From assembly GCA_015062235.1 (NCBI GenBank), contig SUUZ01000008.1, positions 272-64,271 on the forward strand: DNA of 64,000 nucleotides, given 5' to 3'. Position 1 is the first letter of the stretch. The number at the start of each line of letters is the position of its first letter. Position numbers and translations under genes: made by a program. Source of the stretch: Alphaproteobacteria bacterium (GTDB taxonomy: Bacteria > Pseudomonadota > Alphaproteobacteria > RF32 > CAG-239). This document shows, piece after piece, positions 27,045 to 34,579 of this stretch. A model generated the notes under the pieces. That model had not been told where the DNA came from, did not search any database, and saw only the letters and a list, made by a program, of their open reading frames with translations.

Positions 27045-28205
27045 CTAAAAACTTTCACTTAATTCTAAATTATTTCCTTTTTTCCAAAACTTTAGAACAG
27101 CATCAATTATTTTTTCAATTTCTTTATTAGTAATATCGTAAAACATAGGTAATCTAACTAGGGTATTTGAAATTTTATTAGTTATTTCCATTGGTGAAGC
27201 TGTTTTACAATATTTTACTCCTGCAGGAGCACTGTGTAGTGGAATATAGTGAAATGGAGCATATATATCTTTTTCTTTTAGAAAACTGATAAACTTTGTT
27301 CTTGTTTCTAAATCATTAAACAAAAGATAAAACATATGACCATTGTTTGTACAATCTGTAGGAATAGTAGGAAGCTTTACCTTTCCTTCTTTTTCTAATT
27401 GAACAAAGGCATTATAATATTTTTTCCATACCTCAACACGTTTTGATTGAATTTTATCAGATATTTCTAATACTGAGTACAGATAAGCTGCCACAACATC
27501 ACTAGGTAAATAGCTTGAACCTTTATCAACCCATGTATATTTATCAACCTGTCCTCTGAAGAACTTACTTCTATTTGTACCTTTTTCTCTGATAATTTCG
27601 GCTCGTTCTGCTAATTCATCATTATTTGTTACAAATAAACCTCCTTCGCCAGACATAATATTTTTAGTTTCATGAAAGCTAAAACACCCCATATCTCCAA
27701 TCGTACCAAGTGGCTTTCCTTTATATTTGGAATCAAATGCTTGAGCTGCATCTTCAATAACTAAAAGATTATGACGTTTGGCAATGTCCATAATTACGTC
27801 CATCTCGCAAGCTACACCAGCATAGTGTACGCAACAAATTGCTTTCGTTTTTGAAGTAATTGCTGCTTCTATTTTAGTCTCATCAATATTTAATATGTCG
27901 GACCTAATATCAACAAATACAGGAACAGCTCCTTGCAATACAAAAGCATTTGCAGTTGAACAAAAGGTGTAGGAGGGCATAATAACTTCGTCACCAGGTT
28001 GTAGGTTTGCTAAAATTGCAGCCATTTCTAAAGCTGCTGTCCCAGAATGAACCAAAAGAGCTTGTTCGCAATTCAAATTTTTCTTAAACCACTCATGACA
28101 AAGTTTTGTATATTTACCATCTCCTGAAGCGTGGTTTTGTGCAAATACATCTAAAATATATTCTGTGGTTTTATCCGTAAAAGTTGGCATATTAAAATTT
28201 ATCAT
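27045..28205 (-). CDS. wecE: dTDP-4-amino-4,6-dideoxyhexose transaminase (WecE/RffA-like, DegT family)
   Basis: Long collinear similarity to enterobacterial WecE as I remember it: GDEVIMPSYTF.STANAFVL.GA, VHYAGVACEMD, GCFSFHETKN, AEIIREKGTNRS.FFRGQVDKYTW. Confidence 0.8.
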   Translation of the reverse strand: MINFNMPTFTDKTTEYILDVFAQNHASGDGKYTKLCHEWFKKNLNCEQALLVHSGTAALEMAAILANLQPGDEVIMPSYTFCSTANAFVLQGAVPVFVDIRSDILNIDETKIEAAITSKTKAICCVHYAGVACEMDVIMDIAKRHNLLVIEDAAQAFDSKYKGKPLGTIGDMGCFSFHETKNIMSGEGGLFVTNNDELAERAEIIREKGTNRSKFFRGQVDKYTWVDKGSSYLPSDVVAAYLYSVLEISDKIQSKRVEVWKKYYNAFVQLEKEGKVKLPTIPTDCTNNGHMFYLLFNDLETRTKFISFLKEKDIYAPFHYIPLHSAPAGVKYCKTASPMEITNKISNTLVRLPMFYDITNKEIEKIIDAVLKFWKKGNNLELSESF

Positions 28206-29101
28206 TTTAAGCCTTTCTTTCTAAAAAAATTGATTGGCAATGGTATCTTGCAAATTTTTATGAGTGACTTGCCTGATTTAGTTATTTTGTTTTGATAAAA
28301 AAGGCGCTTTAATAATTCCAAATCTCTGGGTAGTATTAATGGGAAAATTCTATTAAAAGTTGTCTTAAAATAGTTACAGATATCTCGGTAGCAATCGTTA
28401 AAATCTTGCTTTAGAAAAATTAGCAAACCTCTAACTGATTCCTTACTACATGCCCCTATTACAAAAACTTTTCTTTTTAATAACGGTGCTTTTTGATGTA
28501 TTAACGTTATTGGATATTCTGTTTGATTACAGATTGTTTTAGCCTTAATAAAACTTTCTCCCTTAAAACCAAGTTTTTCTAAAAATGACTTTAGAGGCAC
28601 TTCATAAGTTTTTACTATTTCTCTAAAATCATTTTTATGAGTAACAGCTCCAAGCCAATTTGCAAATTCTTGATGTGTGAATACGTTTTTCTTAAACACT
28701 AAAAAATAGCTTTGTAAATGATGCTGAATTTCTAAACTATCTGTAACACCCCAAAAATCACAGTCTCGTTGGTTCATTTCGCTAAACATTTGGTCAAAAT
28801 CCATAACGGAAAAACAACTATCATTACATAAAATAAGTTCGTCTGCTTCTTCTAACAAACCTTGCTTTGAGGCGTATTGATAACCACGCTTGTAAGAACC
28901 AAAGTCATATTCGCCATGCGGTGCAAAGTCACAAAATTCAACTAACCCGTTTAGTTTCTGCTTTTCTTCAGCTTTTGCTTTGTTGTCTGCAATAAAAATT
29001 ATTTTGTCTGCAACTCGCTTTAGCCTCTTTAGGTAACTTATTACATAATCATGGACTATCCCTTGATTGTCGTATGAGGCATATATTACTAGTCTAGTCA
29101 T
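28202..29101 (-). CDS. RgpF-like glycosyltransferase (paralogue of 7753..8709)
   Basis: TRLVIYASYDNQGIVHDYVISYLKRLKRVADKIIFIADN. ATGA overlaps with both neighbouring genes. Confidence 0.6.
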   Translation of the reverse strand: MTRLVIYASYDNQGIVHDYVISYLKRLKRVADKIIFIADNKAKAEEKQKLNGLVEFCDFAPHGEYDFGSYKRGYQYASKQGLLEEADELILCNDSCFSVMDFDQMFSEMNQRDCDFWGVTDSLEIQHHLQSYFLVFKKNVFTHQEFANWLGAVTHKNDFREIVKTYEVPLKSFLEKLGFKGESFIKAKTICNQTEYPITLIHQKAPLLKRKVFVIGACSKESVRGLLIFLKQDFNDCYRDICNYFKTTFNRIFPLILPRDLELLKRLFYQNKITKSGKSLIKICKIPLPINFFRKKGLK

Positions 29102-29724
29102 ATTTCCCTCATTTTTGTTTTAAGCTCGGGGTGGTCGTGTAAGTATTTAAATATCAATCCCCTGCTACAACCTATGTTTATGGCTATTTCATTTTTGGTT
29201 TTGCCTTGGCTTAGCATTTGCATTATCTTGTATTTGTGCTGTTCTAAGAGGCTTTTTTTCTTGCGTCCAGCTGGAAAACCTAAAACTTTGCCTTCTTGTT
29301 TCCTTCGTTTTAACGCATTAGTTGTAATTATTGAAACCATACTATTTCTGATATCTATAGATAAACGTACACCTTTAAGTAGAACCTTCGTTTGTTTGGA
29401 GTTGTCAAAACTTAGATTTTCTTTTGCGCTTATCAGGCGAAAATTTTCAGATATTAGATTTTCAATATTGTCTGCTATTTGTGAAATCTTGTGGCCAATA
29501 CTGGTAATATTAGCAATAATAATGGTGTTTTCTTTTGTATTGAGGTTGGATTTTATGTTTTTGATATCAGAATCGCTAAAAAAAACATCAACCGAAAAAC
29601 CCTCGCTTTGAGCATATTGATTCACAATGTCTCTTTGGGCGTCAAGACCAATGTTTTTGGGGCTTTTATCTAGGTAACCTATGATCAAAATAAACCTCTT
29701 TGCAACTTTTGGTGGAATATCCAA
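29098..29724 (-). CDS. Serine-recombinase (resolvase/invertase)-fold protein with C-terminal HTH; catalytic motifs appear degenerate
   Basis: Collinear with gamma-delta resolvase/Hin by eye: IIGYLDKSPKNIGLDAQ vs FGYARVSTSQQSLDIQ, IIIANITSIGH vs ILVKKLDRLGR, GFPAGRKKK vs FGRKRK, and HTH GKTKNEIAINIGCSRGLIFKYL. The likely true start is TTG 29688 (AAGAGG SD 6 nt upstream), giving MIIGY... There is no ATG option. It is the first gene of the minus-strand operon. Confidence 0.6.
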   Translation of the reverse strand: MDIPPKVAKRFILIIGYLDKSPKNIGLDAQRDIVNQYAQSEGFSVDVFFSDSDIKNIKSNLNTKENTIIIANITSIGHKISQIADNIENLISENFRLISAKENLSFDNSKQTKVLLKGVRLSIDIRNSMVSIITTNALKRRKQEGKVLGFPAGRKKKSLLEQHKYKIMQMLSQGKTKNEIAINIGCSRGLIFKYLHDHPELKTKMREI

Positions 29725-29739
29725 AAACCACCGTTTTTG
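29722..29739. repeat. Left inverted site CAAAAA-CCACCG-TTTTTG
   Basis: 18-bp site with dyad arms (CAAAAA/TTTTTG) around an asymmetric core. The 15 nt at 29722-29736 are the perfect reverse complement of 29857-29871. Confidence 0.85.
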
Positions 29740-29811
29740 TAGAGGCGATTTTATTGTCTTTAGACATAATGAAAAAAATCACAGAACTGCTTGTATTTAT
29801 TTAAATTTTTG

Positions 29812-29840
29812 TTGCATTATTATTTTTATAAGTTTATAGA
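29812..29840 (+). promoter_or_regulatory. Sigma70-like promoter inside the IR-bracketed cassette, currently facing the + strand glycosyltransferase operon
   Basis: TTGCAT (29812-29817), a 17-nt spacer, then TATAGA (29835-29840). Confidence 0.5.
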
Positions 29841-29853
29841 TTTTAATATGTAA

Positions 29854-29871
29854 AATAAACGGTGGTTTTTG
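29854..29871. repeat. Right inverted site AATAAA-CGGTGG-TTTTTG
   Basis: Matches the reverse complement of the left site at 16 of 18 positions (15 contiguous). The core is inverted (CGGTGG). Confidence 0.85.
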
Positions 29872-29905
29872 TAGATTTATTTTCTTTTATTATATGAGGT
29901 TTTAT

Positions 29906-30856
29906 ATGTCTATCAAACATAAAATATCAGTAATAATTCCCATTTATAATACTGCTAAGTATTTAGAAAAGTGTCTTAGCAGCATACTTTGTCAAAGTTT
30001 GTCTGATATTGAAGTAATTTGTATTAACGATGGCTCAACAGATAATAGTTTAAGCATATTAGAAGAATATGCAAAAAAAGATGATAGAATAAAAATCATA
30101 AATCAAGAAAATTCAGGGCAATCTGTTGCTCGTAACAAAGGGTTGGATGTAGCTAAAGGTGATTATATCTATTTTGTAGATTCTGATGATAGCATTCATA
30201 AACAAACATTGGAAATTATGTATAAAGCTGCCGAAAAGTCAGGATGTTTTATTGTTGCTACAGAGGATATAAATCAACTTAGCAAAAATCATGAGAATAC
30301 AAAGAAATATCAAACAGATGATATTAAATACAATTTACACAATAATCCGTTAAAACATCTTTTAAATAATGTTTGGTCAAGTTCAGTCATATGGAATAAG
30401 CTTTATAAAAGAGAAATATTAAAGGATTGGCGATTTATTGAAGGTATTTATTTTGAAGATTGGCCTTTTATTACTTGTTTATTTTCAACCATCGACCAAT
30501 ATGCAACAATACCTTATTCACTTTATTTTTATAATGATGAAAATGTATCAACAGTAAGAAGTACGTTTACCACTAAAAAACTTAATGATTATATCACAGG
30601 AATTCGTTTTACACATCAGTATTTTCAGGCAAAAGAAAAAATAAAATATGCAAAAGATGTCAGAAAGAAGAGAATTGCTGCATCTATAAAAATGATGATT
30701 AATAAGGTTAAAAGAGAACCAATAAATCATAAAGAGCTAGTCGCTCAATTAAAGGAAAATTTAATTCAGTTAAGAAAAGAAGGTGTTTGGTATTATTCTG
30801 ACCTTCCTTTCAAAATTATATTCCGTTTTTTCAAAATGTGTATGAGAGGATATTAG
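29906..30856 (+). CDS. GT2-family glycosyltransferase
   Basis: ISVIIPIYNTAKYLEKCLSSILCQSLSDIEVICINDGSTDNS and a DSDD motif. I prefer ATG 29906 (GAGG SD 6 nt upstream) over the track start at 29894. Confidence 0.85.
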   Translation: MSIKHKISVIIPIYNTAKYLEKCLSSILCQSLSDIEVICINDGSTDNSLSILEEYAKKDDRIKIINQENSGQSVARNKGLDVAKGDYIYFVDSDDSIHKQTLEIMYKAAEKSGCFIVATEDINQLSKNHENTKKYQTDDIKYNLHNNPLKHLLNNVWSSSVIWNKLYKREILKDWRFIEGIYFEDWPFITCLFSTIDQYATIPYSLYFYNDENVSTVRSTFTTKKLNDYITGIRFTHQYFQAKEKIKYAKDVRKKRIAASIKMMINKVKREPINHKELVAQLKENLIQLRKEGVWYYSDLPFKIIFRFFKMCMRGY

Positions 30857-30857
30857 G

Positions 30858-31748
30858 ATGAAAAAACAACCAAAAATATCTATCATAATACCAGTATATA
30901 ATACAGAAAAATATTTAAGACAATGTTTAACTAGTGTTGTAAATCAAACACTAAAGGATATAGAAATAATATGTGTAAATGATGGTTCTACCGATAATAG
31001 TTTAAGCATCTTGAAAGAATATGCAAAAAAAGATAATCGAATAAAAATTATAGAAAAAACAGTTTCTTCAGGTGCAGGAGATAGTCGCAATCAAGGAATA
31101 AAAGTAGCACAAGGAGAATATCTTTGGTTTGTTGATTCTGATGATTGGGCAGAGCTAAGTACATGCGAAGAAGTTTATAAATATATTCTAAAAAATAAAG
31201 ATATAGATTTTTTAATTTTTGATGCTGATACATACTGTAATAATGCTTTTCATTGTAATGATGGAAATTTGAATAAAAGTTTTTTACCGCAAGAAAATCC
31301 TTTTTATCCAGAAGATTATGCTGAAACATTATTCTATATTTCAAACCCTCCAGCATGGAATAAGATATACAGTTCCGCATTTATCAATAAAAATAAATTA
31401 GAATTTCAAAATTTGAGTTCTTGTAATGATATTGCATTTACTAGATTGTCTTTTGCTATGGCAGAAAAAATCGGATACATAAATTCTGTATTTTATCACT
31501 ATAGAACAGATGCAGAAGGAGCCATTTCTCGCAAAAGAGGGAAAAACTGTTTGAATGTAATCCGAGCTTTTAGGTACATAAAAAACAAATTAAGAGGATT
31601 AGACAAATATAGAATGTATAAAAATTGTTTTTATAAGTCGATAATACCCAATATTCTTTATGAAAAAAAATACGCTAGTTTTTGGGGCCGTATTATACTC
31701 AAATTATATTACTTAAGCATCAATAATTTTAAAACTAATTATAAGTAA
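30858..31748 (+). CDS. GT2-family glycosyltransferase
   Basis: ISIIIPVYNTEKYLRQCLTSVVNQTLKDIEIICVNDGSTDNS and VDSDD. Starts 1 nt after the previous stop. Confidence 0.85.
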   Translation: MKKQPKISIIIPVYNTEKYLRQCLTSVVNQTLKDIEIICVNDGSTDNSLSILKEYAKKDNRIKIIEKTVSSGAGDSRNQGIKVAQGEYLWFVDSDDWAELSTCEEVYKYILKNKDIDFLIFDADTYCNNAFHCNDGNLNKSFLPQENPFYPEDYAETLFYISNPPAWNKIYSSAFINKNKLEFQNLSSCNDIAFTRLSFAMAEKIGYINSVFYHYRTDAEGAISRKRGKNCLNVIRAFRYIKNKLRGLDKYRMYKNCFYKSIIPNILYEKKYASFWGRIILKLYYLSINNFKTNYK

Positions 31749-31773
31749 ATTTAATAATATAAAGGTTAGTAAA

Positions 31774-34503
31774 ATGGAAAAACAGATTATTTATAAGCCT
31801 AATAAAAATATTCCAATAGTATTTATAACAGACAATAATTTTGTAATGCAAACAAGTGTAGCTTTAGTATCTTTAATTAAAAATAGAAGAAATGTTAATT
31901 ATGATATTTTTGTTATAGGAGCAGATTTATCACAGGAAAATATCAATATTATTCAGAATATTGCTTGTTATAAGCAAAATATTACAGTTATTCAAGCAGA
32001 TGTGAATAAAATAAAAAATATTCATAAGTATAATGTGGAAGGTCAAGGAAAGTATCTTTCTGCTAGTGAAGCAGCATTGCTAAAATTTGATTTGCCAAAT
32101 ATATTGGCCGACTATGAAAAAGTAATTTATTTGGATGGTGATGTTATTGTTTTGAATCCGTTAGATGGTTTGTACAATACAGATTTAGGAAGTAATTATG
32201 TTGCTGCGGCACATGATACTGGTAAATTATACTTTGATAGTGGATATAATAGAATATTTCCAAATTATTTTAATTCAGGTGTGATGTTGCTAAATTTGGA
32301 ACTAATGAGACAGCACAATTTAACAGATAAGTTAATTAATACAAAGAAAGAATTAAATGATTCTAATTTAATGGATCAAAATGTGTTAAATATTGTATTT
32401 AAAGATAAAATTAAGATAGTTGATATAAGATACAACTTACTAATTTTAAATTTAGAAAGGGCAAAAGAAAAATGGAATATAGAAGATATTAATAAATTAT
32501 TCAATAGTTCATATACTTGTTTTGAGGAGATAAAAAGACAAGCATGTGTAATACATTTTTCTAGCAAAGATAAACCTTGGATATATAAAGATGTTTCTTA
32601 TGCAAAAGATTGGTATAATTATTATAAAAAAACTCCTTTTAAAAATAATAAATTAGTTCGTGTGAAAAGGGATAATAAGAATAATGTTTTTTTAGAAAAT
32701 ATTTTTTCTATAAAAAATAATAAAGATAAAACACGTAAAATATTACAATTTTTAGGCTTAAAGATAAAAATAAAAAGAAATAAAAATTCTCATTTGGATA
32801 TTAATAGATCAGATACTAAAAATAAAAAGGGAATTATTGTTTCGATGACATCATATCCAGCAAGAATTAATACTGTTCATTTAACAATAGAAAGTTTACT
32901 TAATCAAACATTAAAAGCAGATAAGTTGATTTTATGGTTGGCATTAGAACAATTTAAAAACAAAGAAAATGATTTGCCAAAAGAGTTGCTAGAATTACAA
33001 AATAAAGGGCTTACAATTGATTGGTATCATGATATACGTTCGTATAAAAAACTTATACCAACACTAATAAAACATCCAAATGACATTATTATAACTGTTG
33101 ATGACGATGTTATCTATGATAAAAATTGTATTAAGTTATTGTGGAAGTCACATCTTAAACATAAAAAAACGATAATTTGCCATAGAGGACATTATATACT
33201 ATTTGATAAAAAAAAGAATATACTGCCTTATTCACAATGGAAAAGTCAATATAAAAAGAATAATCCAAGTTATAATATTTTACAAACAGGTGTTGGAGCC
33301 GTATTGTATCCACCTAAAGTTTTGTATAAAGATGTCTTAAATGAAAATCTATTTATGTCGTTGGCTTATGATGGTGATGATTTATGGTTTTGGGCTATGG
33401 CTAATTTAAACAAAACTAAGATCGCTATATGTAAAAACAATATTAATAGGCTATGTTATGTTGATGGAAGTCAAGAAGTTGGATTATGGCATGAAAATGT
33501 TGAAAATTTTGGTAATGATAAAAAGTTACAAAATTTGATAAGTCATTATCCTCAATTACTAAAAAAACTAAATAAGAAAAATTATAATGATATGTGGTTT
33601 AATAAAATTTTCTCAATTACTAAAAGTGGCGACAAAAAGCATAAAATAATTACTGTTTTAGGATTGAAATTTAAAATTAAAAGAAAGAGATTTATTCAAA
33701 AAGAACGTATTAAAAATCTTGAATGCCAAATGGCAGATATTAGGGAATTGCAAAAAAACACAGAAGATCAATTAAATAAGGTGCAAAATAAATTAGATAA
33801 TATTAAAAATGATAGTGAAAAAAAATTTTTAAAAATAAGAAATTTATTTAGTGAGTTAAATTATGCTAATTTATTTCACGATAGTACATTAAATTCAGAA
33901 TGGTTAAAGAATAAAAACTTTTCTTTATATGGAGCTGCTGCTAATTATAGTTTTATTTATACATTATTTAAAATTTTAGATAACGCAAAGCCTAAAAGTA
34001 TATTAGAGTTTGGCTTGGGACAAACAACAAAACTTACATCTCAATATGCAATATATAGTAACTGTAAACTAGACGTTTGTGAACATGATTTAGAATGGAT
34101 AAATATTTATAAAAAACAGCTTCCTGATGAAAAAAATATTAATATAAATCATTTGGATTTAGAATATTTTGATTATGATGGTGTCAGAAATGATAGATAT
34201 GCAAATCTAAATACTATTACAAAAGATAGAAAGTTTGATTTAATAATTATAGATGGTCCAATTGGGCATAAGAAAAATTTTCCAAGATCTAATATTTTAG
34301 AAGTTATTGAAAATAATAGTTTAGATGAAAATTTTATAATAATTATTGACGACACTGAACGCAAGGGAGAGCAGATGTTGATTAAAAAAATTAAAGATAT
34401 GCTAACAGAAAAAAATATCGATTTTGTTTATTCAATACGAGAAGGTAATAAACAACAATCGCTAATTACAAGTACTTCATTTAGCTATATAAAAAATTTA
34501 TAA
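31774..34503 (+). CDS. Three-module protein: GT8 glycosyltransferase, a second GT-A-like module, and a class I methyltransferase-like module
   Basis: aa 10-290 is GT8 (IPIVFITDNNFVMQT, YLDGDVIV, FNSGVMLLNL). aa ~350-590 is a second GT-like module (GIIVSMTSYPARINTV, VDDDVIYD). aa ~640-680 is a coiled coil, followed by ILEFGLGQTT and DLIIIDGP (SAM-MTase-like). Two internal copies of a basic tail motif mark the junctions. Confidence 0.7.
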   Translation: MEKQIIYKPNKNIPIVFITDNNFVMQTSVALVSLIKNRRNVNYDIFVIGADLSQENINIIQNIACYKQNITVIQADVNKIKNIHKYNVEGQGKYLSASEAALLKFDLPNILADYEKVIYLDGDVIVLNPLDGLYNTDLGSNYVAAAHDTGKLYFDSGYNRIFPNYFNSGVMLLNLELMRQHNLTDKLINTKKELNDSNLMDQNVLNIVFKDKIKIVDIRYNLLILNLERAKEKWNIEDINKLFNSSYTCFEEIKRQACVIHFSSKDKPWIYKDVSYAKDWYNYYKKTPFKNNKLVRVKRDNKNNVFLENIFSIKNNKDKTRKILQFLGLKIKIKRNKNSHLDINRSDTKNKKGIIVSMTSYPARINTVHLTIESLLNQTLKADKLILWLALEQFKNKENDLPKELLELQNKGLTIDWYHDIRSYKKLIPTLIKHPNDIIITVDDDVIYDKNCIKLLWKSHLKHKKTIICHRGHYILFDKKKNILPYSQWKSQYKKNNPSYNILQTGVGAVLYPPKVLYKDVLNENLFMSLAYDGDDLWFWAMANLNKTKIAICKNNINRLCYVDGSQEVGLWHENVENFGNDKKLQNLISHYPQLLKKLNKKNYNDMWFNKIFSITKSGDKKHKIITVLGLKFKIKRKRFIQKERIKNLECQMADIRELQKNTEDQLNKVQNKLDNIKNDSEKKFLKIRNLFSELNYANLFHDSTLNSEWLKNKNFSLYGAAANYSFIYTLFKILDNAKPKSILEFGLGQTTKLTSQYAIYSNCKLDVCEHDLEWINIYKKQLPDEKNININHLDLEYFDYDGVRNDRYANLNTITKDRKFDLIIIDGPIGHKKNFPRSNILEVIENNSLDENFIIIIDDTERKGEQMLIKKIKDMLTEKNIDFVYSIREGNKQQSLITSTSFSYIKNL

Positions 34504-34579
34504 ACAGATAGAATATCCAGTGAAACATTATTGATATGTGAGCCAAATGATATTTAATTATAATTGAAAATGTAACATA

